Shown: one piece after another, positions 1-11,999 of the stretch
Position numbering within the stretch: position 1 is the first letter of the stretch
Layout of the letters: each line of letters opens with the position of its first letter
Origin: Catajapyx aquilonaris
Taxonomy: Eukaryota
Length of the DNA stretch: 32,384 nt
Direction: 5' to 3'
Assembly (NCBI GenBank): GCA_000934665.2
Contig: JYFJ02004408.1
Location: 1 to 32,384 of the forward strand
Made by a program: the position numbers and the translations under genes
The notes under the pieces: model-generated
Seen by the model: only the letters and a program-made list of their open reading frames with translations
What the model was told of the DNA's origin: nothing
Databases searched by the model: none

Positions 1-595
1 ATATATCGGAACCTATTACGAACACAACAATGGAAATGCATACCACTGAAAGGTTATGGGTAGCAGATTACTCACAAAAATGTTCGCAAAATTCGACGCG
101 GTGCGGGTCGTCACGTCAAGGGTCACGCAACTTCGTAATATTGCGGAAAAGGGCGAAAGAGGCGCATCCGGCCTCCTTATTTGCTGTATTTTACATCTCA
201 GACCCTAATACGAGGGCAAATATGAAACTTGCACCATCACTGAAGCGGGGATATGACCTGCCAAAATGACACGTAATTTTAATCGTAGAATTTGTTGGAG
301 GTTATCTGCGAGTTCGGCGTTACCTTGTAGATATTAAGCCCCATTTTTTGCATGTATGTAGGACGCATAATAATTATTAGAGAAATTATTATTATCGGGT
401 TATTGTAAACATCAGAATGGAAAAGTTCCCATTTTTTACCTCGCTCATTTCTCGCGACCTATAGCGGTTATCTAGTTTGAAAAATATGTTCCTGTGACCT
501 TGACAAAATACGATCCTAAGTGCCAAATTTTGATTTTCTAAATAATAAAAAAATGTCGGGTGAACATAGTTGTATGATCTCACATGGAATTACCC
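1..595. mobile_element. Right-hand end (TIR plus AT-rich subterminal region) of a DNA transposon, Sola2-like terminus
   Basis: Reverse complement ending at 595 reads GGGTAATTCCATGTGA, 14/16 identical to GGGTCATTCCATGTCA at 32289. A GRG start is typical of Sola2. No coding signal. Confidence 0.45.
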
Positions 596-862
596 AAACT
601 ATACTCGTAGAAATAAGTTGCACGAATAAGTAGCGGCGCTCTCAAACAGCGACCCAGACCGTGCGGCCACTTGCGGGACTGTGCGGCCAAGGGACCGCGG
701 CCGTGACCGGTGAGCAGAGTGTTGTGGATTCCGGAACATCGCCAAATAAACATGTCCGTAACCCGGCAGCGCCCAGGATTACCAACACATAAACACAAAA
801 GCACATAAACAGTCGCGACATTACTTTTGCGGTCAATAGTACACCTGTACTGTAGTACAGCA

Positions 863-1294
863 CTGCACTGGCTGGATAATGCCTGTGTACAGTAGTGTAC
901 GGTACTGTAACAGTACTGTACTGCACAATGCACCGCGGACCGCACGTACCATGGCAATGGAGTAAGACTTTCTGGACATGGCAGTCATGGACCCATCAAT
1001 CAGCATCCGTAAAGTTGGTATGCGTACTGTCAGTACGCATACCATGACTACCGCAAATGCTGGCACTGGGGCCCATTCGCTCAGATGCTGTGATGGATGA
1101 TCCTTCACACATTGGAATGAATGCTGTGCACTCCATGACCGCCTTAACGGGTGCTGATCTATGGGTCCATGGCTACCATGTCCAGATTGTCTTCCTCCAT
1201 TGCCATGGTACATGCAGTCCAAGGTGCATTGTGCGATACAGTCCTGTTACAGTACCATACACTACTGTACACAGGTATTATCCAGCCAGTACAG
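863..1294. repeat. Long imperfect inverted repeat (arms ~863-1014 and ~1143-1294) with an internal perfect palindrome at 1016-1044
   Basis: The arms give near-identical peptides on opposite strands (SIAMVRAVRGALCSTVLLQYRTLLYTGIIQPVQ vs SIAMVHAVQGALCDTVLLQYHTLLYTGIIQPVQ). The spacer holds TGGTATGCGTACTG-T-CAGTACGCATACCA. Confidence 0.92.
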
Positions 1295-1802
1295 ATGTAC
1301 AACACACTGTACTGCTGTACGTACCTGACGTATCTCGCCTGCCTCGCAATGTACTGGCCTCACACAGCGTACTGCCCACCGCAAGATACATTTTTCGCGA
1401 TTTTTCGATGAGGATGATGTCTGCGTGGTATGCGTGCTGTCATTCTTGCCTGTACAGAGACATTGGTGCTCGACATCTTCTGCCATTTCTAGGTGCACCG
1501 TTGCATGGGCAGGTCGCGAAGAGGGGTTGCCGAGGTCCAAGCCCGGCCCCATGCTTTGCGTGGGAAGGCGGGATAGCATGAGAGCGCCTTGTTCAGTGCA
1601 ACCGGCATGGCTAGAGAGACACTGTACGCACCGGACTCGCCTCTCCGCACATCTCAATTCAAACAGAAAGGACTTGATGTCACACCATGTTGCTGTAATC
1701 AAAAATCGATTACTCCCTTATTTCTAATTATTTATGTAACTGCCACCTACGATTTTTCCCCACCCCCTCGCGTGCGCTTGACTCTGGTACACCCTTTATG
1801 CT

Positions 1803-2692
1803 CCGCCCATCGGCAGCCGCGAGACACTGACGTGCTGGTGACGATCCCTTCCGCGTAGAGGTCGGGAGCTGAGGATTGGGGGGTGTTTGGGTAGAGCATC
1901 CGAAGGAAGGAGACCAGATCAGAGGGGGGAGTCATATGCGTCCAGATGGGTCAATGGGAAAGAGAGACATTATGTGGGCTTCATCTGCTAATAAGCGCAA
2001 GGTCACAGGCATTTTTCAGACTCGAAATTTGTGTAACGTCATTACGATTTCACGCAATCATCTGTGATGCATGTTGGGCGAGCTGCAAATGTGTCAGTTG
2101 TCAGGTCATTCTTTTATCGATGCAGTATTCCATACGACGGCAATGCATGAATAATGGTGATGATGATCATAATAAGTCACACTGCAAAACAATCCACTCG
2201 GATATAGGTGTTCATTTTTTACTTGACAATATTAGCAACAATGAAAGCCATGATCCGACCGTGGTCCGATCACGATGTTCAAGTCCCGCGTGAATGATGT
2301 CATTCAGGTGGGCCGTATCTCGGACATCATTGGTGAAAGAAACTACGCCGCTCGCTACTTTTTCACTTCCAGCAATGACTTCCAAACAGCTCCAACACAA
2401 ATACACATTATTGTATTACTTGATGTGGCAGTTATGAACAAACTCCAATGTTACTGGGCCGAGAGGTGGATGTCCCACCTGATTACTCTTTCTTCTTTTG
2501 TTGACTCTAGTCAGGGCAGCTAATCTTTTCATTTGAAAATTATTGTGCATAATTTATGCATCCTGACATTAATTTGTCTGATCTGGTCTCCCTCCTACTG
2601 CTTCGCATGCAATCCCCCTACAACCCTCGGCTCCCGACGCGACCTCTAAGCGGCAGGGATAGTCACCAGCATGTCAGTTTCTCGATGGGCGG
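1803..2692. repeat. Diverged inverted repeat pair, arms ~1803-1923 and ~2577-2692
   Basis: Shared blocks TCTGATCTGGTCTCC, GCTCCCGAC, GACCTCTA.GCGG.AGGGAT.GTCACCAGCA.GTCAGT and CGATGGGCGG appear in reverse-complement orientation. Confidence 0.85.
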
Positions 2693-4461
2693 CACTAGAT
2701 ACCCATCACCTCCGGACAATACATTTGGCGGCCATAATACAGGATGCATCCACAGCTTTGGACAGTTGTTCAGTTCAGGCGGGACATGAAAACGTGTTCC
2801 TTCGACTGTAGCATAACCTGGTTCGGGCCATGCCTTAATGAAGAGAGGTTAGGTAAGGCAGTTGAGCCATCTGTCTGTCTGTGTCTTCTGCCCAATAAAT
2901 CTGGGTGTTTGCCCAGCAAAAGCAGCTGTGAAGCAGTTTGTTGATTAGAAACTCAGTAATGTACGGAAAACGAGAGAACGATCTGACATCATCGTTTCTT
3001 CCATTATTGCTTTCTGTTGACACTGTTTACTCATATTGTTCTGTGAGGAAATTTCCATAGAAACTGTGATGACGTCAGATCATTCACTCATTTTCCATAC
3101 AATAGAAAACCTGTAACGGGGCTTGTAGTGAAAACAACTTATTGTTTTCGAACGAAGATTTCACGAGGCACGAAGACGGCAGTGAAAACGAGGGTTTAGT
3201 GCATGTGTAGAATTTTAGATTTCATGAGGACAATTGTGCTGTAATGGGAGGTATTAGTAATTAGAGTATCGACAGACTGCTGCAATAACTTGTAAACCTG
3301 GCAAACATGGCAAAGGATCGTGTGGGAAGGGAATTTTGTTCATCAATTGCTCAAACATAATTTTGCCGTTTTTCAACCATGTACTGTACAAGTACATTGC
3401 GGATATATTGGGCTAACTTGTAGCAGAGTGAATGGGTGGTGTAGGGTGTAGAAAGTGACGGTATGGCACGTTTTTGGAAAAATGTAGCCCGGCAAAATCA
3501 GAAGGAAAGTAGAAGTGTTCGTTAGGGTTTCCTGACTACTTGTAATGCCCGTTTTATTAGGGGTAATTAAATGAAACGCGTTCATAATGTCTGGAGCAGA
3601 CAACTGAATGCAGCGGCTTGAAAGCATAGGGTCATACTTATATGGCCCTGTTCTTAATTTGAATTGAATAGGAGATTTCTACATTATTTTTTGTCTCAAA
3701 TGGAAAATGGTTGCACAATTTTTTAGGAAAATCATATACTTATGGTTATGATGCCAGGTCTTGTGATTGCCATTTTTCTGATGTGCTGAATGTGTGATGT
3801 AGATTGAAAATTAAGACTTTTTTTTTTCCTTCTCTTTTGCAGATTTGAAAGCACACATCCACTCTCCATCACAATTATTGGGTTTTATGTCAGGAGCGAT
3901 CTTGCCTGCTGGTAGAGGACTACCAGTGATGCAGGACCCAAGTGTTGTTCTGCAGGATTGGATAGGGGGACAGGGCTTTGAAATGTGCTGACTGGCAGCA
4001 ATCCACTTGATTAGCAAAAGATTGGTCAGCAACAGCGAGCTCCAGCCAGAGCTACTGAATATATTCGTTGAACTGGAAATGCCTTGTGCTCTTTCTTTCT
4101 GGGTGAGCTGACGTTCAGGGAGGAACAAGGGGATTGTAATGTTATAAAGACCGGGAGATCATAATTATGGTAATGAAAGTAACTGTGATGTTTATAACAC
4201 TGGAGGTGGGCATTTTAATTTGTTAGTTGAGATGAAAATAATTGAATAATGAGTACATCGTTTTCGTGACTTTAAAATTTGACGCACTTGTTATGAGCTC
4301 ATAGGCCCCTTTGGGGGGAAAAGAGTACATAATATAATGAATATAAAGTTAAATTTCACCAGTAACCCAGGAAAAACAGAGGCAGACAAGTACATGCATT
4401 ATTACTCATGTTGTTTCATCACATATCTGAAAAATTAATGAGAGAGGAGTTTGAAAATGTT

Positions 4462-4786
4462 ATGGAAGCAACATGACAACCTTGCCTAGTGAATCACATG
4501 TGACTTGATGGATAAAGCCAATTGCCTTTGCACTTGAGGACCTGATGGACGACACGAGGAGGGGGCCTGTGGGAAGGAGGGAAGGGAAGGGCTTCAATCC
4601 CCCAACCATCAAGAGATCCCTTGCGGGATGCTGGCGGGGACGACGTGAGGGTAGCAGTTGGGAAGAAGACCCATGGGCCTGGTTGCCGTCATCATTTGAG
4701 ACGAACAGACATAGCGAGGGCTACAAATTGCTCCACAAACAAGTCACATGTGGAGTATTCACATGGTTGGTCATGTGGTTTCCTAT
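4462..4786. repeat. Short diverged inverted repeat, arms ~4462-4531 and ~4714-4786
   Basis: Perfect core CACATGTGACTTG (4495-4507) / CAAGTCACATGTG (4740-4752), with flanking similarity ACATGAC(C)AACC and AGC.AATT. Confidence 0.6.
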
Positions 4787-4824
4787 GCATCTGTATCAAT
4801 TCCCGTCTGCAGTGTTGTTGGTGA

Positions 4825-4929
4825 TCGTATCCACAGGAACTGCTCGTATCCACAGGAACTGTTCGTATCCACAAAAACTGTTCGTAGTTGTACAGGGTGG
4901 CTCGTATTCACAAAACTGCTCGTACAGGG
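4825..4929 (+). repeat. Minisatellite, ~19-bp unit TCGTATCCACAGGAACTGC, 4-5 degenerate copies
   Basis: Directly visible tandem copies. Confidence 0.9.
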
Positions 4930-6082
4930 TCAGAGGAGAGGGTTTTTTTTACATCTCACAGGATTTAAGATAAAGGATAGGGGATAGTTTCACGTGAGGG
5001 GAATGACACGGAAACAAAGGGAGGATTTGACTTAACGTACTTGTTCTGCACGTAGTCGTAAAAATAGGGAAATGATGTAAGACCTTGGGGATATGCTCTA
5101 CAAGGGATAATGTGAGTACGTTTCTCACAGAGGAAAAATGAGATGCGCAGGGAGCTGCTGTATGCAGGTATGCACACTCTAAGGATGTGGCCGTAAGTAC
5201 TTGGTATGTACCTAGCCATATCCAGACTCCATGACCAAAGCCACGAGTTCGAAGGCGTCGATTCCGTAAAGGAGAAGGAATGACATAGGCACAAGGTAAG
5301 GAATAAGGAAACGAGTCTACAAACCTCGCAAGGAAGTCCATACACAACGCACCGCCCAAATTCAAAAGACAATAAATAGGAGCAAGCAGGTGTGACACAC
5401 GGGGAAAGGCCATTTCAAATCCCAATTCGGGCACCACGTTATTGACCAAAACGGCCAATGCATAGTGAGAGGGAATAAAGGTAAAAAGGGTCAAAAGACG
5501 ACAAGTGGGTCAATTGAATGTCCTCCGTGTATTCAAAGCCAAGCGTGAAAATAATACAAAACAATATGAGGGGGGGATGTGGAAAGAGATGGAAAGTAAG
5601 GATGACCAGTGGTCTCAACAACGGAAAGAGACCTAAGGCCTCGGCAAACGGGAAGCACGGGTGTATATAGGGTGGCGAAAAGCATTGTGGGTGGAGTAGG
5701 CAAGAAGGATAGTGTAGTACAAAATGCATGACACAACAACTCCGGAATGTACATAGTAGGTCAAAAGTAAAACCGCCATCCCCTTGGCCAGTACCTGTCT
5801 CCTCCTCATTGCTGACCCCCTCCGCGCCACCTTCTCCTTCTCCACCTCCCCCACTCTTCTCCTGGCCGGCCTCGCCTCCTTCCCCCTGCCGCTGACAGAA
5901 AATAATCAACAATTTTTGTCTGCCACGAGGCGGCCAGCCCATTCGCATGGGCTCCATCCTCACCAACTTGTCCGCCGCTGCGGACGCCCGAAACCCACAC
6001 AAATTATCTCTTTTTGTGGACGTCCGGCACAGACACACTTACCACTCACGCGGCCATCTTTTGCAAGTCTGATGATAGGTTA

Positions 6083-6247
6083 TTCCTCCTTCCCCTTGAA
6101 GATAAGCCGTTGCAAGTCGGGCTCAATGCTCATCTTCTCGTGGCCCACGCTTCTGAAGTCCTCAATGGAGGTGCTCTTGGACAGCTTGGAGCTGCTCAGA
6201 CAGGTTTTCTTCCCATCGGCGACGGTGAGCACCTGCACGTAGAACAT
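6083..6247 (-). pseudogene. Ubiquitin-like domain fragment resembling the UHRF1-type N-terminal UBL
   Basis: MFYVQVLTVADGKKT...LSKSTSIEDFR...IEPDLQRLIFKGKE matches the UBL pattern (QVRT.DG / P..QRL.Y.GK). It stops immediately after. Confidence 0.7.
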
Positions 6248-7787
6248 AGTTGCCCTGGGCATGAGTCCCGGCTCGGCGGCTCGCCAATGGTCAGCTATGT
6301 ATAGTTTATATGAATTTCAGTGAACAAAGATGGACTGAAACGACACATTTCAAATGTATGCCTACAATATCACTGGGCCTTCGTGTCCCGTGGTCATCCG
6401 GGTAAAATAAAATAGTGTTTTCCTTACCAATTTTTGAAAAAAACACGTAATATGTGCACATAATATGCGTAACTAATATAATGTGTACGTATAGCTAATA
6501 TTTTAGAACTGTGTTATAATATGAGGTGGCATTGCGCATATGCGGAATGCGCCATTTTGTGTTCTTCCTAGAAGTAACCACTTTTCCTCGCTCCATCATC
6601 TCTTTTCTCTGGTGTTTTGTGTGGGTCGATCTGAGAAGTAGTTGAAACCAGGGGCGGCCCAGGGAGAGATGATTTATCGTGACGTTATGAAGGGTCTTAC
6701 AGTAGGCTTTGTGCCAAGTGTCCAACATACCTAAAGTGTCCAATAATCACAATGCGTCTGGTGAAAGCTTACTTTTTCTGGACTATCACGTGGTTGCCAA
6801 AGGCCGAAGTTGTCATACGTCACGTGTATCGTCTGGAGTCCTTCAGTACTATTGGAACCAGTGCCCATACGGAAGGTTTTTCTTCTGAGGAGAAACAAGT
6901 AGTGTCATAATTATTATAGACATCATGTCATGTGCTAGTAGCTCCATGATGTGGATTTCAAGTCTTGTTACATCATAACCAGTAAATTTACATGGACAAT
7001 CTTCATTGTAAAAGGGAAGAAACGAAGGAAATTACAATTCCTTATCAATACTGATACATATCTAGAATTTTAAGCACATTCTTAAAGAAAAAAATAAATA
7101 TACATATGATAGGGCTGTTCCTTGGATATCGAGGAGAAAGACCAAAGGAGACGATCTGGAGGTGTCCGAAGCAGCTTTTCTAGGTACCTTTTTCTTGGAC
7201 TTTTGAATGTAGGCCAAACAAAAAGGATATATGGTGGAGGTTTTGAAATTGTTCCGTGTTCGGCTTGATTAAGCTTTAGCGACTTGCCATAACCTCGCAC
7301 ACTTGATGAATGGCTGTTTCACACACCCGAAATGACATAGCTTACTTTGTCTTGGTCCGTGATAGTGAAACAAGATCTCTGTCGCATTTTCAAACGCGGG
7401 CTTCTCCTGAGTCAGTCCTGCGGAGTACCATGAATATCGTAGAATGTTTATACCCAGCTGCGGTGGGGAGGGAGGAATATGGGACAACGGGGAGCACGGC
7501 ACAAAGATCTCCCTCTGCCAGACATCATCATAGTCTGACATTATCTCGGTGATGTCAGGGTCCGGTGAGGTGATCATGGTCCTTCTCTTTCTTACCTCTT
7601 TTATTCGTAGGAGGGACCTCTCTGGAGTGACTTTCTCCTTGTCTCTCTTGTCCTTTTTTTTTCTTTCATGGCCAGGAGGATGGGGGTCTTGTCGAGGAGT
7701 GGGTCGAGAACCGGGTTCTTGGTTTGCTCAATTTTTTCCCCGTAAAATTAAGTCAAGGTAATGGGCAAAACTTGGCGCAAAACTCAC

Positions 7788-8272
7788 CCGGGAGTCCGAC
7801 CTCACGGGCCACTTCAGCCCAAAGTACTTGTGTGATGTTCCTGTCGCGGTGGTCCTTCATCGTCTTATCCCAGATTGCCGCCCTGTCGTGCACCGCGGTG
7901 ATCAGGGCTTCCTTCGAGGCCACCGTACTCTTCCGCGCCTCCGCCTTCGCCTTCCTCTGACTCATTTTGTACAGTAAGTTCCCGACACCAGCAAGGCGGC
8001 AACTCCAACTCAGTGGACTGCTGCCTGACCGGCACAGGTGACACCTCTCCCCGGCCTCCCCCACCCCCAGCTCCCACCCTCCCAGTCCCCCATTGGCCGC
8101 ACACGGTCACGTGGTCTCCAAGCAGTTATTCTCTTTGTAAAATAAGCGCCCAAAATTCGCTCGCGTCTTGCGGGAATTCGCCGATACGTGAATTGCTTTT
8201 GTCGACGCGAATTCGCGGAAGGCTGTTTTTCGCTCGCTTTTGACGCTTTTTCGCGCATATGTGAATCCAGCT
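7788..8272 (-). mobile_element. 5' end of a PIF/Harbinger-type element: terminus plus first exon of a MADF (Myb/SANT-like) protein (ATG 7965, donor GTGAGT at 7787)
   Basis: LITAVHDRAAIWDKTMKDHRDRNITQVLWAEVAREVG is a MADF pattern. The terminus AGCTGGATTCACAT resembles the Harbinger MITE TIR AGGCCGCTTCACA at 26696. Confidence 0.75.
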
Positions 8273-8352
8273 GTATGCATGAAACAGCACCTTTTCATAG
8301 TTTTTTTTTTTTACAGGGGACATGGTACATTTTGAGCGAAACCAAATATGAC

Positions 8353-8876
8353 CAAAGGTAGGCACAGCTAACGGAAACATCAGCTTCTCTAACAGCTGAT
8401 CAGCTAACTATAAACAATTGGATTTGCTAAATAGCTAATGCTAAATGGCGAGAAAATTAGAGCTAATGCTAACAGCTAACTTCCTTAGGACGACATGTGA
8501 TTTTAAGTTGTAAAGGCTCCCTGCCTGTCCTTTTATGATAACTTCCTTTGGCTTGCATAAGGAGCACCGAAAATTGAGAACATTGTTGTTCTTTGTGTCC
8601 CTGGAGATGAACACGAAGTACTCTGCTAGGTGAGGCCAAGGGTTGTCCACCCTGGCCACTCATAAACTGGTCAATGCATCTTTAAAAAGTAACAGACAGC
8701 GAGACAGGAACACGAATGAATCTTGTTAGCTGAATTTATTTAGCTGCAGTGCGGCACTAATTTAGTGGGAGCTAATTTGTCAGCTAGTGGCCTGACAAGT
8801 TAGAGAAAACAGCTAATCAGCTAACGAAAGGTTAGTTCAGCTGTTAGCTGATTAGAGGCGCTGATGCCCACCATTG
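8353..8876 (-). mobile_element. Complete non-autonomous hAT element (524 bp) carrying a BED zinc-finger remnant
   Basis: TIRs CAAAGGTAGGCA / CAATGGTGGGCA(rc). Perfect 8-bp TSD AATATGAC at 8345-8352 and 8877-8884. AGCTAA subterminal repeats. PWPHLAEYF...RCSLCKP...NLKSHV is a BED finger. Confidence 0.92.
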
Positions 8877-8954
8877 AATATGACAAACTATTTCAAACTT
8901 GATCAAGGAGGTGGTGGCACCATTAGTTCAATTTCGAACTGGGATGGACTTGTT

Positions 8955-9160
8955 ACGTTTTGCATGATTGCTCCTCATATGATAGTGGCAAGAATGGACT
9001 CAAAATTTGCAAGGGACCCTGCTTCGGCGTTTACCTTAGGATCTCTGGTCTCCTCTGCTACCGTAAACAGGGCTTCTCTTACTCATTTGGTACGGCAATG
9101 CTTTTACACTCTCGAGGCGGCATTCCCATCATGTGTCTGACAGTGACTTTGCAATGACAT
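8955..9160 (-). mobile_element. hAT transposase fragment (ZMYM1-like clade)
   Basis: KSLSDT*WECRLESVKAL..Q then (frameshift) VREALFTVAEETRDPKVNAEAGSLANFESIL, matching the LS.TRW..R motif. Confidence 0.75.
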
Positions 9161-9189
9161 AAGGGACGATGTTCATTCTTTCCAATGTC

Positions 9190-10381
9190 ACAGATGGTTT
9201 GTCAATACAAGTGGCAAGGTCCGAAAATTTCAGAAAGTGGTCCTGGGTCAGGATCAATACTTTTGAAGGCTTCGTGCTCTTGCAGGTCCACACAATATCA
9301 ATCCAATGATCAGGACTGTAAACATTTTGGTGATTGTGCCGCACACTGTTCTCGACTGCTGCATAGTCTTGATCAGAGGGTAACATGGTATGGCCCACGA
9401 CAGGAAACCTGTGTTTTATGCTTTTGAATCTTCCACTTGCAAGAAGACGCAACCGGAATGCAATCTTCACCCAATTTTTATTCTGTCCAGAACAGTTGTC
9501 GGATATGGCAGTCAAACTTTGGCCGCATACGTACAGGTCCTCAAAGTAACGATGCAGACAACTGTAATTTCTTCCAGTTCCACGGCCAGCCACGGTCTCA
9601 TCCCACATGGAGCAGTATCCTTGGTCCTCGCCACAGTCATGGATGTTGAAATTCAGTGTGAACATTTTTCTCTTGTAAAATGTCGGCCCTGTAGATAACG
9701 TCGGAGTGGGAAGGGCTTGTTGTAGATTAAAAGTAATCTCGGGCATGCTGCTGATGGATTCTGATGTTGTCTTGACCAGCTTCACTGCTTGCATTTTTTG
9801 TGCTTCCTTCAATCCTACCTCATTTGATCAACGCTCGCAATGTGCAATTTGAATGTGCAACCTGTCGCATTCAGCACATGTGTCAGACTTAGGTGACTGG
9901 AAAGAGATGTTATAATCTGCTGTAAAAATGCGTCGGTACTTATCGTGTGAAACCGGGGTCAAGTCCAATTCTTTGCAGTAAATCTCTTTATAGTTTTCAT
10001 AGCACTTATTGATGGAATATTCCATCGTATGTATTCTTTATCATGATTCTTTTTCCTTGGGTAATGGCTGGAGTATCTAGGGAGTTTATTAATGCGCACC
10101 CTTACATTGTCAACGTCACTTTCAACATACTTCGTCTTGTGGTGGCCATGCAGTCCACATTTGTCAGTCCCTGGTGACACTGTTGCCTCAATGCTACTGC
10201 TGCCAGTAGTTTGCACTATCTTCTGAACTAAGATATCAAGTCGCTTACGAGTGTTCTGCAGCCCATGAATGCTCAAGAATGCTTTTTTGCAGACTTTGAT
10301 TTCTGTAACTGACTGCCTGACATGATAAGCCACAGAAATTGCACGCTTGTCTGGATTACTGGATTTGTATTGTCGTTTCAC
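9190..10381 (-). mobile_element. Sola1-type DDD transposase, frameshifted (ORFs 9959-10381, 9828-10025, 9129-9812)
   Basis: VCKKAFLSIHG, SHY.R, PKSDTCAECD, LQQALPTP...FYKRK...NFNIHD, WDETVAGRG, SDNCSGQNKN, GHTMLPSD. Confidence 0.85.
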
Positions 10382-10799
10382 AGACTGTGGTCCAACGACA
10401 CCCGCAAGGTAACCATTTTGGACGACATAGTTACCAAGCTTCCAAAATTCATTACATCACGGAAATTATTGTGCACCTTCAGCTACAATACATAAGGGTC
10501 ATTGTATCGTACACAATCAATGGAGAAATCACATGCTAGGGTTACAAAAATGATCCTAACTTCGAGAATATATATCATTGCATTCTAATATGGTATGGTA
10601 CATTCGAGCAATTTCAGCTATGACACAGCAGAAGTGACACTCTTTTTTGAGGTTAGGTAGTACTATAAATGTGGAGTGACGAATCAAAACGCAAAATAGG
10701 CCTTATTTTGAAACAAGAGGACTGTAATGAGATACAGTCCGACTCACCTTCTCATAGTGGCCTATCTGTCTGCAGCGTGGTATGTAGTACTTGCATTGG

Positions 10800-10935
10800 A
10801 TTTTTCCCTGTATGGCAAAGGGAAAATAGTCAGCTCAAACAATGGGCTTCTGGGATTCAGTGACTTTTGGCCATCCACAAAATGTTCACTGCATATTACT
10901 GTGCTGTTCCCATGGCTTTCCATCTGGCCTGAAAT
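10800..10935 (-). mobile_element. THAP zinc-finger fragment (DNA transposon N-terminus)
   Basis: VICSEHFVDGQKSLNPRSP...TIFP is the C-terminal half of a THAP domain. Confidence 0.75.
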
Positions 10936-11645
10936 GTTTGCAAGATTCAAGACTATCTAGATGCTACAGATTGTACCACACCATCATTATAATTCTCGTC
11001 CACTCGACGTACCCGTCACGCCTAACGCCTCACGTACAGCCGAACTCTTCCTAGGAGCAGGCAGCCGTGACAATTGGTAGGACTTAAATGTATCCATCAT
11101 GACATGGTTCACCTTTGATTCAGGATAAGACTTGGGAAATGATTGTTGAAGTTTGGTCAGATAAAAAAAACAAAAAACAAAATGACATCATTTTTGTTAG
11201 ATCTCGGCCCAGTTGCATAGTTATTCTCAATAGGGTTCATAATTCGTAATAAGTACATCGCCGAACCTTCACTCCGCAGTCTGTTTCAATACACATGATT
11301 CACTTTCTGTTATTGTGCAAATGACCCAACACTTTCTCTGTTCCCTTTCGGCCACTGGCACACACAACTTGTTGCACTAGGTCAGTCACAATAGTTCCAC
11401 ATGCCTGCATGGCCTCACTTTCCTTTTTTCTTTTTTTTTCTTTGTTTGCAATATGGAACTCATTGCTGAATTTCTGAGCATGCATCGTATTGGGCTGGCA
11501 ATAAGACATGTCCCTGCCCCGTCCAAAGAGCTCCTCAATTGTGGCTCATGGTTTGTATCGGAACTGCAACTCTTGGCTTGTTGTAGGTTTGTGCCACTTC
11601 TGGGCTGCTGCTGTTCGTGAAACAAACCTTTCTTCAGTAATGTAA

Positions 11646-11870
11646 TGTCACATCCCGACGTCATTGACGTCCCTGGATGTCGGGCTACAATCCCTCCTGA
11701 CCTGGAGTACTCACCTACGGCCTGCAATGCAAAGGGGGGAGAGCCCCCCAAACCACAAGTGACCAGAACAAGGTTCCAACTCAAAGTGTCTTTATTCCTC
11801 TTTCCCTCACCACTCCCAGCCCAAGCGGGCTGAGGGACAATACAGTGTTGCCATGTCACGGTCTGTGACA
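11646..11870 (-). mobile_element. Solo LTR (225 bp), Gypsy-like
   Basis: Ends TGTCACA...TGTGACA, 4-bp TSD GTAA at 11642-11645 and 11871-11874, AATAAA on the minus strand at 11791-11796. Confidence 0.8.
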
Positions 11871-11999
11871 GTAAGTAAGTGTGAGTTTAAGGAAACTTAT
11901 TGAGTCAGGAGGTGAAAGTGGCAATGCTGCTGGTCTTGGTGATGCCGGTGCTGAGGATGATGTTGGGGGTGACAAGACTGATGACGACGGTGACACTGC

